Notes: a model not told the origin generated them from the letters alone. 64,000 nt of DNA from Mytilus californianus (GCF_021869535.1 NW_026262668.1:132618001-132682000); one strand, 5' to 3'; positions 37,671 to 50,550 are shown, numbered from the stretch's first letter. Numbers and translations: made by a program.

Positions 37671-38474
37671 ATAACTCAAACATGAATAATTTAATGTTTA
37701 ATTAGATTTACACCGAAGAACCCAATTATGAATCAACAAATATTTGGAGGAATTATTTCTTAATTATACTATAGTTGATCCGATACAACAGTCGGTAGCT
37801 AAACTGCAAATGGCTACGAATTTCAGTGATAGAATGCTTTAGCAAATAGTCCCTCTCAAACCGGTGTTAGGGATCGTCTTGGAACTTGCATTGAGGTGAG
37901 AATGTTTCTTCGGTGTTGAAGATCTCACTGCAACTTTAAAGATGAAGAACAGCGATAAAGCGCTCTTCCGTTGTTGCTATTTTTGACATGTGCACATAAA
38001 GTGCACAAATATATTTGAGTTTCAAGTTGATTGGAATAATGTTTGGTGAATTATGCCCTTTAGAAATAGCATGAATCATAAAAATATCCAGGAAACCAGT
38101 ATGGGACATAGTATTGCACCCGCAATACTCATTCACCTGTTGATAATGCCTCGCTGCTGTGCATCTTCAATGGCACAGTTGTGGCGTTGTAGACTTTAGT
38201 AAAGAATTCCGCTCAAACCGGTGCTATGGAACGTCCTGAAACTTGGGTTGAGGTGAGAATATTTTCTCTGTGTTGAAAATCTTTCAAACAGCAAATAAAT
38301 AAAAACGCTATTCATGCACAGCAAATTTTGTAGTTGTTTTAATTTTGTGTCCTTGTTATGTTCACCATATCCGTTCTTACACATTATATGACAGAGTTTG
38401 TCTCTTGTGCAGTGTGGAGGTCGAATAAATCTTCCCCGTGCTTGAGTTGTATATATAGTACTAATCATATTTAA

Positions 38475-38975
38475 TAATTATCGATCGTATTGAAAGTTAC
38501 CATAAACAAATAAACAAATTGAGTTGATCGATTCGACATATAATGTTCAATTGTTATCGATCATATAAATAGTTACGATCGAGTCTTCATCATACACAAA
38601 TTGAGTTGATTGAATCAACAAATGATGTTCAATCGTTATTGATCGCTACGATTGCGTAGAAGTAATAAACAAGCAGTGAAGGTTGATTAGACAGATGTTG
38701 TTCAATCGTTATCGATAGCATCGATTGTTGCTATCGAGCAGTGGTAATAAACAAACTGTGAAGATTGTTTCGACAGATGTTTTCAATCGTTATCGATAGT
38801 TACGATTGAGACTTCGTCTTAAACAAATTGGGTTGATTGATTCAACATATGACGTTCAATCATTATCGATCGTATCTATCGTTACGATTGTGTCATCATC
38901 ATAAACAAATTAAGTTGATTGATTCAACAAATGTTATTCAATCGTTACCTATCGTGTCGTTCGTTAAAGATTTGT
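38475..38975. repeat. Tandem array, about 78 bp unit (AAACAAATTGAGTTGATT..TTCAATCGTTATCGATCG)
   Basis: About 6 units; shares the ATCGTTACGATTG motif with the 95-bp array. Confidence 0.85.
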
Positions 38976-40009
38976 TGAATAAATCGATCGTTAAGTTGTC
39001 TATTCAATAAATTTTTTTTAACTGAATTGAATTAAAGAATGAAGGAAAAATCAACTGTTGTCGAATCAATAGATTGTCGAATACTGTACCTTCATGAGTA
39101 CATTTTGTTTTTTATGATGAATTTTAGTTTCTTGAAATACAGCCAGGGGTACTACAAGTAATTTTTATTTACTTGAAGAAGTAAATATTAATATACTTAT
39201 ATAAGTAAATTTGTAGGATACTTATACAAGTGTATTTTATTTACTTTTATAGGTAAATAATTTTTTGGCTTAGTTATGTCCCTTAGACATTCAGATTTTT
39301 TTACTTATACAAGTAAAAAAGTCATCCTATCTTCTTTTCTTGAATTCTTAGGAATTCTTTGCTCTAATAGAATTTTTAATTGTCTGTCCTTTGCAGATGT
39401 CTTTACTAATCATTTAAGTGTAATTTCATGGACAATGAAAATCTCATTTGTCTGTTATCTTCAGAACACTGCTCATTTACAAGCCCCTAGGGGCAATTTT
39501 TGAAGGCCTTGCACAAATACTTTAAGATCTTTGTGCAATCAGTTTCTTTCTTGAATTAATGAGATTAAACATTAAACTCTAATCAAAAATTATGAGCTAA
39601 CCTGAGAAAAATTGTGAAAGGCATGTTTTTACATCTCAAAACTTGAGAATTTTTGTGGGATTGTAAAAAAAAATGAACAGAATTAAAAACCAAACAACAT
39701 ACACAAATCAGCATATAGGTTTTGGAATAAACATAGAAACTATTCAATATGTCAAGCTTTAAATCTTCTAATGTCTAAAAAAGTTGAAGTAGAGTATAAT
39801 ATATAAACATAATATAGGTATAGACACAGAAAATATTATATGTAAAAAAAATATTTGATTTTAAAGAAGGTTTTACAGAGCTGTAGAAGGACAAAACTAA
39901 CAATGTCAGCTTGAATAAAATGACAACATATTAAAATCTTTTAAGTCCTGATCAAAATCAACATACATGTAAGCAACATTATACTTCCAATGTACAAAGT
40001 TATAATTTT

Positions 40010-40665
40010 TAACAGGGTTGTCTGAAGGAAATAAAAGTAATAAATTTGGTGAAGTACAGTGGGCGGGCGGGCAACAAGTGGCAATAACTTATGAACTGTT
40101 CAATCAATGCTTTTCAAATTTTTATATGTTGATACTAATGACAAAATGGAGGTCAAGTACGATATTGATAATTTTCACTTTTATCGTTCAGGAGTTATGG
40201 TCCTTGATTAATTGGAAAATAGGACTTCTTGTCATTTCTGTTCAATAACTTATGAATACTTCTACCAATGGTTTTCAAAATATAATATGTTGTTACTGAT
40301 GACAAAATGGAAGTCAAGTTCAATATTGAGGATTTTCAATTTCACTGTTCAGGAGTTATGGTCCTTGATCTATTAGAAAATGGCACTTTATTTTTTTTAG
40401 TTTGCAATTACTTATGAACCACTTGACCAATGCTTTTGAAATTTTAATATGTTGTTACTGATGAAAAAATGGAAGTCAAGTTTGATATTGACGATTTCCA
40501 TTATTGTCGTCCAGGAGTAATAGTTCTTGATAGATTGAAAAATGTGACTTTATGTTGTTTCCGTGCAATTACTTTTGAATTGTTCAACCAATGCTCTTCA
40601 AAGTTTAATATGTTACTGATCATGATGACAAAATGGTGGTCAATTCTGAAATTGACAATTTTCAT
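40010..40665 (+). mobile_element. HINE-like insertion with about 4 tandem 150-bp cores
   Basis: GGGC microsatellite then repeated ACTGATGACAAAATGGAAGTCAAG..CAGGAGTTATGGTCCTTGAT cores; absent in copy 2. Confidence 0.75.
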
Positions 40666-40746
40666 TTTTTTATCTAAATTGATTTGTGTATTTTACTTTC
40701 AGACTATGGCCTGTTGTAAACAACACTGAAGTAAACAAACCAGAAA

Positions 40747-43700
40747 ATGATTCCGAAATGGTGGTGTCTGATGATTGTATTTTCAGCCTTTATGATTCAA
40801 GTGATATCATTTGGTACAGCGGGAGCCATTGGATTGTACAATATAGAATTTATAGAATACTTCAACGTTGGAGCAGCTGAAGTCTCCTTGATTGGTTCCA
40901 TTAACCTTGGTGTTTTCCTAGGAGCAGGTATATTGTGAAGGAATTTTTTAAAGATAAAACTGAAACATATATTCACTTTTTAAAAATTTTATAGGCAATT
41001 TGAATCAGTTTAATTTTTCAGTGTATGATGTATAACATCAAAAGCATGAAAAGGACTGGTAGAAGACTTCAACACCTAGACAATAGAATTTTAACCCATT
41101 TGATCAAGGTCAATGTGAGCTTTTGACGTCTTTTGTTTATAAACTTTTTTTTTCAAATATGTTCTCATATTAAAATAATGAACCAATTGAAATAAAACTT
41201 CACGGAACTGATCCTTAGGATCTCTAGTTTAAAGTGGATGTTGAGTCAAATAACCAACATGTCCACCATATAAAAATAGAATGTAAGGATAAAATGCAAA
41301 TAATTAAAAAAATAAAAAATAAAAGGTACAGAAAATTTTATGTGTTTCAAAAATGTTTTAACTAACTGCCCTTCATATCCTTATAGGACATATTGCCCAT
41401 TGATTGGAGATTTTTCACTAACTGTAGTGTTTTTGCCTAGCCTGTTATCTTAAAAACTAGCAATTATCTTGCAAGTACTTTTGTGAGTTACTTAATTGAC
41501 ATTTATACTTGCGAGTCCTTTTGTGAGTTTGCTTAATTGACATTTATACTTGCAGGTCCTTTTGTGAGTTTACTTAATTGACATTTGTACTTGCAGGTCC
41601 TTTTATGAGTCTGCTTTATTGACATTTATACTTGCAGGTCCTTTTGTGAGTTTACTGATGAGACATTTAATTGCAGGTCCTTTTGTGAGTCTGCTTTATT
41701 GACATTTATACTTGCAAGTCCTTTTGTAAGTTTACTGATGAGACATATTTAATTGCAGGTCCTTTTGTGAGTTTACTAATGAGACATATGAGTTACAGAA
41801 GAGTAGCTGTCATTGGGAGTTTACTCAGTACTATTAGTTTGCTGTGTGTTCCATTTTTAGATAATATCATCTATCTGTATATTATATATGGAATATTTAC
41901 AGGTGAGGGCAATAATACGATGATCACATTAATGTTCACTTCATTTGTGATGTCACTATGATGTCATTAACTTGTCAAAATTGATCCATATAAACCAAAA
42001 AGAAATTGTACTCGCAGGATTGAAGATAAATTGCTGAAAATGTATTTTTGATTAAGATGTTACTCATATTTTAAAATTAATGAAAAAGTCTCAAATAAGC
42101 TATTGGCAGTTTTTGCAATTTTCCTGTAAATAGATTTATTTGTCAAATAGGGATTATCATTCTTTGAGTAATAATTGAAATTATAACATGATATGAAAGC
42201 AATATAGAATTTGCTTCTGTTGCGATTGCATGGAAAATATTTTGGCTCTTGATATATCCCCGTTTTTTAACAGGTTTAGGATTTGCTATGGTATACCTAC
42301 CATCAAGTGTGTTAGCAGGCCTGTATTTCAATGAACATCGGAGTCTTGCTACTGGTATTGCAACAAGTGGATCTGGCATAGGAGCAGTAATATTTCCATT
42401 ATTAGTACACAGTTTGATCCAGTATTATGGCTGGAAGGGGTCAGTTTTCATCCTTGCTGGACTCAGTTTACAATGCATTGTATTTTCTGCTTTATTATTT
42501 CCACTGGCAGAAATACCAAACAGGGGAGAACTGATGTCAGTGTTGACAAACAGCAATATACATGACAAACAAACAAATAATCATGAAATTGACCACATGA
42601 TGACCAATGGTAAATGTGAGAATTACAATGGTCACATAAGTATATCAGAGAATGACAAAACAGTTCAGGAAAATGGTGAAGTCACAAAATTAATGGAAAA
42701 TTTTGAGCCTGAAGCTGAAAAAAGTTTAAAGCATTGCTATGTTTTATGTGATTTTTCTTTCTTTATTTTCTTTCTTAATAACATACTTTGGAACATGGGA
42801 GTTGCAATTTCTTGGATCCTTGCTCCAGAGTACTTTGTATCAATGGGATTGACCAAAGAAAATGCAGCTACTATTTTAACATTTGGTGGAGTTGGTTGTT
42901 TCATTGGTTGTATAATTGGTGGAGGACTGGGAAACATACAAAGCCTAAGTAGATTGTCTATGTATATATCATGGAATATTGCAGTAGGAATATTGATAAT
43001 GTTCTTGCCATTTAAAATTTTTCAATCAGTTGAAATTTTGTCATTGATAATGTTTTTAAATGGACTTGGATTTGGAGGAATTTTAGGACTACTAGTCATT
43101 TTTACAGTTGATCTGCTGGGTGAAAAAGCTTTGGGTGATGCTTTTGGATATTTGATGCTCAGTAATGGTGTAGGATCTATTATTGGTCCACCACTCGGAG
43201 GTGAGTAAACCTATAGAGCTATTATAAGTCCATTAATTGAGGGTGGACTATCTACAAGTTTGAGATTTATCTACCATTAAAGGATGGTTACTTTATAAAA
43301 AGATTTTATTAGGCCATTCTTATAGTTAATTACTTTAAAGAGCATTTTTTTCCCACATTCAGAGATGAGTTAACATACAGATCTTTTGTTAGTTCACATA
43401 TTGACACCCCTAAACAAATATGACAGTCGCCTTATAATTTCCCAAGATTGAATAGACTGTTTGGAAGCTTCAATTAAATAGATTTATAATTGTATTATGA
43501 AAAAAAGTAGCACATACATGTAGGGGTCTTAAGATATCCTCCAAAGTTCCAACTCGACTAATGAAATTCATCTCCTTAGAAAAGCATAATAAAAAACATA
43601 AGAAATAGCAAATCTTAAAACACAAAAAAAGTGTTGTAAAGTTTGAATGATTAATGTTGTTTATATTTAGTGTAAGCATATTTTACAATTAATTCAAGTC

Positions 43701-43901
43701 ATACATAAACATATGACATTTATATTTTCAGGAGCATTTAAAGACATCCTTGGTACTTATGATCCCACATTTTTCTTTGCTGGTACATTGATTGTTGTTG
43801 CTGGATTATTGATGTTCCTAATACCAATAAGAGACAAGTTTGTTCCCAGACCAAAGAAAACTGCAATAGGACTGACAATAGAAGTTAATCTCAAAACATA
43901 A
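40747..43901 (+). CDS. SLC16 / monocarboxylate-transporter-family MFS protein, copy 1 (473 aa; exons 40747-40927, 41759-41902, 42274-43200, 43732-43901)
   Basis: GT-AG introns, all phase 1; 181+144+927+170 = 1422 nt, open frame. SLC16 signatures SLIGSI..GVFLGAGP, YGIFTGLG, YFNEHRSLATGIATSGSGIG, YYGWKG, IGPPLGGAFKD; 12-TM pattern with a hydrophilic central loop. Confidence 0.93.
41469..41790 (+). repeat. 41-bp minisatellite built from the acceptor and first bases of coding exon 2 (7 units plus the true site)
   Basis: Unit TTGCAGGTCCTTTTGTGAGTTTACTTAATTGACATTTATAC. Confidence 0.95.
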
Positions 43902-44105
43902 CAGATGATAATGATCTCAGTGTACCCTACTTAACTTGATATTTATCCAGGTGTTTTGTGAACATTTATTATTATTTATTTAATGCTGCTTAGTTAGATG
44001 AGACTAAAATTGTTAACATACAATTCATTTGTTTCCTCTATTTCTCATTTAATCATTTGAATTCATGTTCAGCATTTATGATTTTAATAATGGCATAATG
44101 AGCAT

Positions 44106-45283
44106 TTTTATGCCTCCACCGTAGCGGTGGGGGCATTAAGTTTTACCCTTGTCCGTCTGTACGTACGTACGTACGTCCCAAAATTGGTTTCCGTTCACTA
44201 ACTTGAGTTTGCCTCAACCAAATGTTATGAAACTTATACACAATGCTTATTACCACAAAACACAGATCAAGTTTGAATTTTGGTGGCTTCACTATAACCG
44301 TTCTAGAGTTATTCCCCTTTATAAATGGAAAAATTGCAAAATTTTTAGTTTCCGTTCTCTAACTTAAGTTTGCCTCAACCAAATGTTATGAAACTTATAC
44401 ACAATGCTAATTACCACAAAACAAAGATCAAGTTTGAATTTTGGTGGCGTCACTTTAACCGTTCTAGAGTTTTTCCCCTTTATAAATGGAAAAATTGCCA
44501 AATTTTTATTTTCTTCTAAATATCAAGTAATTTTTAAAATTGGAGTTATCTTCCTTTGTCCATGATTATAGTTGAATCAACTACAATCAATGCTTTATAC
44601 AATGGAATGTTTAATTTTGACTTCCACTGATAAAACACAGATCAAATTGAATTTGGGTAGTGTCACTTTAACCATTTTTGAGTTATGCCCCTTTATAAAT
44701 CGAAAGATTGCAAAATTTTTAGTTTCCATTCAGTAACTTAAGTTTGCCCCAACCAAACATTATTAAACCTATACACAACATTCATTACCACAAAACTAAG
44801 ATCAAGTACAAATTTTTTGTTTCCGTTTTCTAACTTTAGTTTGCCTCAACCCAATGTTATGAAACTCATACACAATGCTTATTACTACATAATACAGATT
44901 AAGTACAAAATTTGGTGGCGACACTTTTACCATTCTTGAGTTATGTCCCTTTATAAACATAAAAATTGATGAATTTTTCATTTCCGTTCTCTAACTTTAG
45001 TTTGTCTCCACCAAATGTTATAAAACTTATACACAACCGTTCTAGAGTTATGCGTGTTTACAAATAGAAAAATTGCTGAATTTTTAGTTTCTGTTCTCTA
45101 CTTAAGTTAGCTTCAACAAATGTTATGAGACTTACACACAATGCTTATTACCACAAAACTCAGATCAAGTTCAAATTTGGGTAGTGTCACTTTTACCGTT
45201 CTTCAGTTATGTCCCTTTATAACTATATGATATGCAAGCAGGGGCATCATCTGTGTCCACATGTGGACACTATCCACATTTAT
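44106..45283 (+). mobile_element. Helentron/HINE-type element with about 7 tandem 140-150 bp cores
   Basis: 5' hairpin ATGCCTCCACC-GTAGC-GGTGGGGGCAT, (GTAC)n, cores, 3' GGGGCAT and perfect palindrome GTGTCCACATGTGGACAC (45253-45270). Confidence 0.88.
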
Positions 45284-46419
45284 TTAATTTAAAATAGTTG
45301 GTATCTTGCTCTCCTCTAAGTTATATATTTCAAAAGCAGTTATAAACTTAAGAAAGTAATTTTGATACATATTTTAATGAAATTTTTGATATTAATACAA
45401 TGTTTCTTTACTTCTCATCTAAATAGTTTGGTCCCACAAGAATTATTGGACTTTTAATCTCCAAAAACTATGGAAACAGTAAACAACTTTTTGGAAATGT
45501 CCCTTCTCTTATATATGCTCGGGAATGGAAGGAAATTAACACAGTTGTTTATCATCATGTATACCTTCTTTGTCAAGTTTGGATTAGTTCTGAGGAGTTA
45601 TTGGACTGATAGCTTTGTTCAGTCATTTTTCTAGATCAGTTAAAACTATAAGTGACCTACTGATATTGACACATTTAGATCAATTTATCTATTGAAGATA
45701 ATGCTAATCTTTCTAAAGAATTGCTGTAATTCAACTATCTATATATATAGTTGTGCCATGTCAAGTGTTTTTGTATACCACCACCATACCTCAAAATACA
45801 TAAAATGAAATCCTACCATCCTACCTGAAAGAATAAATATGATTTAATAGAAACTCTTCCAATCTTCCAAACATTGATTTTGATGTCTTTGCTTTATTAT
45901 GTATTTTACTTCAGCGACATATGGCTTAGATAGGCAAAGCTAGTATTGGTCAACATTGTACCTCTGGGTTTTTTCGGAGGAGTAGGGTGTTGGTTGTTGG
46001 TGGGGTTGGTTGTTCTAACCAATATTTTAAGTGACTCCTGTTGGTTTTTTATGTACTATGCAGTTTCATTTTGTATCAGTCTCAAGTTTTTTTTCATCCA
46101 TTTTACAAGTAATTTTTAGAGAGCTCTAAGCATGTACTTTTTTTAGGACAAATCAAGTGATACATTCTAGATAGTAAAATGGGTATGTTTGTGCGCATGT
46201 AAAATGGTTTAACCCCTCTACATTTTGTTTCTGTACCCAGTCAAACAAGCTATCTCAGCCATGTGTTGTTCCTTGTTGTTTTTCTTTGTTTGTATATAGA
46301 TATAGGAAGATGTGGTATGAGTGCCAATGAGACAACTCTCCATCCAAGTTACAATTTATAAAAGTAAACCATTATTGTATATCTGTTTGTTGTTTTTGTT
46401 TTGTTATTAGGAAGAGTCT

Positions 46420-46640
46420 TGTGTTGGTGGCTGATGTTGTCTGTTGTGCTTCAGTATTGTTGGTGGCTGATAATGTCTGTCGTACTGTCCAGTTTTGTTG
46501 GTGGCTGATGTTGTCTGTTGTGCTGTCCAGTATTGTTGGTGGCTGATAATGTCTGTTGTACTGTCCAGTATTGTTGGTGGCTGATGTTGTATTGTCCAGT
46601 ATTGTTGGTGGCTGATGTTGTCTGTTGTACTGTCCAGTAT
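46420..46640. repeat. Minisatellite, about 38 bp unit (TTGTTGGTGGCTGATGTTGTCTGTTGTACTGTCCAGTA)
   Basis: About 6 units. Confidence 0.9.
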
Positions 46641-47671
46641 TTTTTGTGATATCTGTTATCCTTTTTATGTATTTTGACTATCTTTGATTGAGAAGGTGGT
46701 CATCAAATCCCACCTCTATTGCTTTTATATTTATAAGGGCATTGTCAAGTAGAATAAACTTGTAATTTGTTTGTGAATGAAATTTGTTGGTAAATAATTT
46801 AGTTACTAGCAGTCAATAAACTTTGTCAGTTTAACTTACATTATTACTGCTATTAAAACAATATTGTAACTTTCTTCTATCTTTTCTTGTAATACTTGAA
46901 GGTAGGAAAAGAACATATTTTATTATGAGTTTGATTGTAAATTTTAAGTTTATGATTGTTTTTATACTGGAACTAAAGTTTCAGACAAGTTTCAACCCTT
47001 AGGCACTTTTGGGTGTTATTTTTTCGAAAAACTTGAAATACTGATATTGTACATTGTTGCATAGTCATCAATTAAATTGCACTGGTTTATTTTTATGTGT
47101 TAGTCTGTTATCCTATTTTTTAAGCAGAATTTAAGTCTACATTGCTGTTTTAGTGATTTTGAATTTTTTATAGTGATCAACTATTATTTTTCTAATTATT
47201 TTTTTACGTTTTATAACAAACTAATACTATTGGATAAGTGTTTAGTATGCTGTTCCATTAGCAGTTGTAATTAGAACATAAAGAAGTCAGGTAGACATAT
47301 TTTTTCTGTAAAAAAAAAAACCTTTAAATGAATTGTTTCATCTGTTTTTGCTGTAAAAAATAAAATAACAAAAATACCAAACTCAAAGGAAAATTCAAAA
47401 CGGAAAGTTTCTTGTCAAATGGCAAAATAAAAAGCTCAAACATATCAAACAAATGGAAAACAACTGTCATATTCCTGACTTAGTACAGGCATTTCCTTAT
47501 GTCTCTTTGACACATTCCCCGTTTCCATTCTCAATTTTATTAATAGCATGAGTGTTGAAATAGTCCATGGATGGGGAAAGGAAGATAACTTTACTTTTCT
47601 ATGCACATCAATTGGCTATTTTAAACAGGTTTGAAAATATATACAACAGGAGTTTATTATAGGACGTGCAC

Positions 47672-47974
47672 AACATGTGTCAGAAGAAATTCTTGACATT
47701 CAGTTGCATAGCTATGTTCTGCATGCAGTGTACATATCGATATGTCAAGCAACATATGTCAGAAGAAAGCCTTGACGTTCAGTTGCGTAGCTAGGTTCTG
47801 CATGCAGTGTGCATATCGATATGTCAAGTAACATGTGTCAGAAGAAAGCCTTGACGTTCAGTTGCATAGCTAGGTTCTGCATGCAGTGTGCATATGGATT
47901 TGTCAAGCAACATTTGTCAGAAGAAAGCCTTGACGTTCAGTTGCGTAGCTATGTTCTGCATGCAGTGTGCATAT
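47672..47974 (+). repeat. 79-bp tandem array, left part (4 units)
   Basis: GAC core at 47695, 47774, 47853, 47932. Confidence 0.92.
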
Positions 47975-48343
47975 AGATAAGATATATTTTTGCTGTATGT
48001 TTTAATTGGTATCAATGAAGCATATTGTTTAATATTCTGCAATTTATTCTGTAATTTTTATGAAAGTCCTATTATGTAGGAAACAGTAACTGTATGAACT
48101 TGTACTATACTAGTCTGAAACCTATTCATAATTGAGGCAAATAAATTTTAATTCACAATTGCATTTAATTAAGTAAAGTAAGAACAATTACAATGATATG
48201 ATTTTTCTAGAAATATTGTATTACTGTCATTTGAATATTTGATAAACAATTTGAAATTCATGTTTATAATTTACCAGTTTATAGTAAAAATCCACTGAAT
48301 AATCCACATCTAAATGTCGTCTGCCATTTAGGCCATGCGGTCA

Positions 48344-48529
48344 TCACACTTGGTTGAATCCAATTTTCACTTTCAGTTGATTGTATATCGATAACGATAA
48401 CGTCTCTGTATTGCAAAATTTACACATTCCATAATTACTTCTATCTGTCATTATATGTTGATTTTTGAATCGAAATGTCTTGTATTTTCGTGAAGATCCA
48501 ACTTTACCAACTGTAGTGACTTCACGCAT
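48344..48529 (-). pseudogene. Possible decayed BED zinc-finger (hAT transposase N-terminus) fragment
   Basis: FRFKNQHIMTDRSNYGMCKFCNTETLSL resembles the F..CxxC part of BED fingers; the His pair is not seen. Confidence 0.3.
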
Positions 48530-50080
48530 CTTGCTTGAATTTTATGAATGAAATGTACTTACATGCTTAGTAGAACCCATGTGTCACTTGGAATCGTTTT
48601 TCAATAAATACACTATTTTTACGTTTCTTCAACTGTTTTCACTAAATCTTTGTAATTACTTATGGTATTTGTGAACATCGTCTTCAATATTTTGTAGATG
48701 TTAATAATCACTATCCTTGATATTTATCATTTTGGTCCGCCGGTGACACATATGCTTTTTGCAACATTGTTTACGTATTGTGACTTCCAGTAGAGTTGTA
48801 TTTTTAGTTACCATAGAAATTTGTTCAGTACCATGTAAAATGTGTTTATTATATAACTGTTACTAAAATTGTATATAATTATGATTTTTGTAATTTATTA
48901 TAAGAATTCTAATATTTAGTTGGACAGCAAGCGCACGATCCAACAATTTTCCAACAGTCCAACATTGACGTTATTTTGACGCTCGTTTGGCAGTTCTGCT
49001 TAAATCTTTGGTCGTTACAGTAAGTATTTTATTTTGCTCGTCATTAATTTTAGTCAAAATGGTTAATTTTTCTCACAAACTTCATTTTTTTAAGGTTAGA
49101 TTGTAAAGGAAAATAGTAAATTTATTGTTTTCTAAGTTAGAAAGGAATATTTCATTTTTAGCGACTCTTAGGAGGCGGACCCCTATATTTTTGATCTTTT
49201 GCTTAAAGTATTTTATTCTTTTGGTAACTTTAGGAAAGTTCTAAAAATTGTTTTAAAATATCTTTTGGGTTAATTATCATATTATTGCTGGCAAAGTTTT
49301 ATAATAAGTTATCTTTTAAAGTTAGGATTATTGTAATTGTACATTTGAATTTAATATTGTAGTTCACATTTACTGTTAACCTTTGTCTTTTTCTAATAAA
49401 TTGAATTAGATAGGAAAACATTTGGCAATTAAGGGATAATTTCCTAAAGGTCTTGAAATTATAATAAACAAAACAGTTTATTTAAGGTATAAACTGTATT
49501 TCATTGTTAGTTATTATTCGGGAAAGGTTCTGAATATAACTAATAATAATAAACATTTTTTTTATACAAATATGTCAGAAAGAGGTCTTCTGACAAAATT
49601 CACTTGAAATTATTATCTATTTTTATGCAAGTTATTTTCTTGGTAATATAGCAGGACTCAGCCTTTAATGTATTTTTCAAACATACCAACATACATTTAT
49701 TGGTAATAGCAAGTGTTATTTTTTATTAGAATTGCACAGACAAAGTTATCCTGCAATCATATCATTAATATTTATTATCTCTTGAGTGTAGAGATAAATT
49801 ATTACATGTATACTGAATAGATTCTTGTCACATCATCTAAAAGTCTATAATTTAATTATCTTACTACTTAAAATTGTTTGTTGTTTATGCTGAATATTAA
49901 TTAAAATATCTGATTCTCGAAATGAATAAAATATGGAAACTTATATATGTTACTTTTAACAAATGCCTATATTATACTGACCAGATCATATCTTGTCATA
50001 CTGACTTAGCAATCTACAAAACTACTCATAAAATTTGAATAAAACTTTTGGTCAAACATTTCAAGCCCTTGCCCGCTACA

Positions 50081-50550
50081 ATATGTCAGAAGAAAGCCTT
50101 GACGTTCAGTTGCGTAGCTAGGTTCTGCATGCAGTGTGCATATCGATATGTCAAGCAACATGTGTCAGAAGAAAGCCTTGACGTTCAGTTGCGTAGCTAG
50201 GTTCTGCATGCAGTGTGCATATCGATATGTCAAGCAACATATGTCAGAAGAAAGCCTTGACGTTCAGTTGCGGAGATAGGTTCTGCATGCAGTGTGCATA
50301 TCGATATGTCAAGCAACATGTGTCAGAAGAAAGCCTTGACGTTCAGTTGCGTAGCTAGTTTCTGCATGCAGTGTGCATATCGATGTCAAGCAACATATGT
50401 CAGAAGAAAGCCTTGACGTTCTGTTGCGTAGCTAGGTTCTGCATGTAGTGTGCATATCGATATGTCAAGCAACATATGTCAGAAGAAAGCCTTGACGTTC
50501 AGCTACGTAGCTTTGTTCTGCATGCAGTGTGCATTTCGATATGTCAAGCA
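50081..50550 (+). repeat. 79-bp tandem array, right part (6 units)
   Basis: GACG core at 50101, 50180, 50259, 50338, 50415, 50494. Confidence 0.92.

Larger units (their letters stand above)
35355..39086. mobile_element. Tc1/mariner-like non-autonomous element (TA TSD) carrying satellite arrays
   Basis: TA|CAGTATTCGAC..ATTGATTCGACA ... TGTCGAATCAAT..GTCGAATACTG|TA; absent at the homologous intron position of copy 2. Confidence 0.8.

Noticed and set aside
39140-39500. Possible hAT-like element (CAGGGG..CCCCT)
   Set aside because: Terminal match too short and no 8-bp TSD.
40686-40880. Overlapping alternative ORF or programmed +1 frameshift extending the N-terminus
   Set aside because: Shared openness is expected at 97% paralog identity; ATG 40747 has a good context; no recognised shift signal.
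42143-42937. Antisense ORFs over the SLC16 exon
   Set aside because: Shadows of the sense coding sequence.
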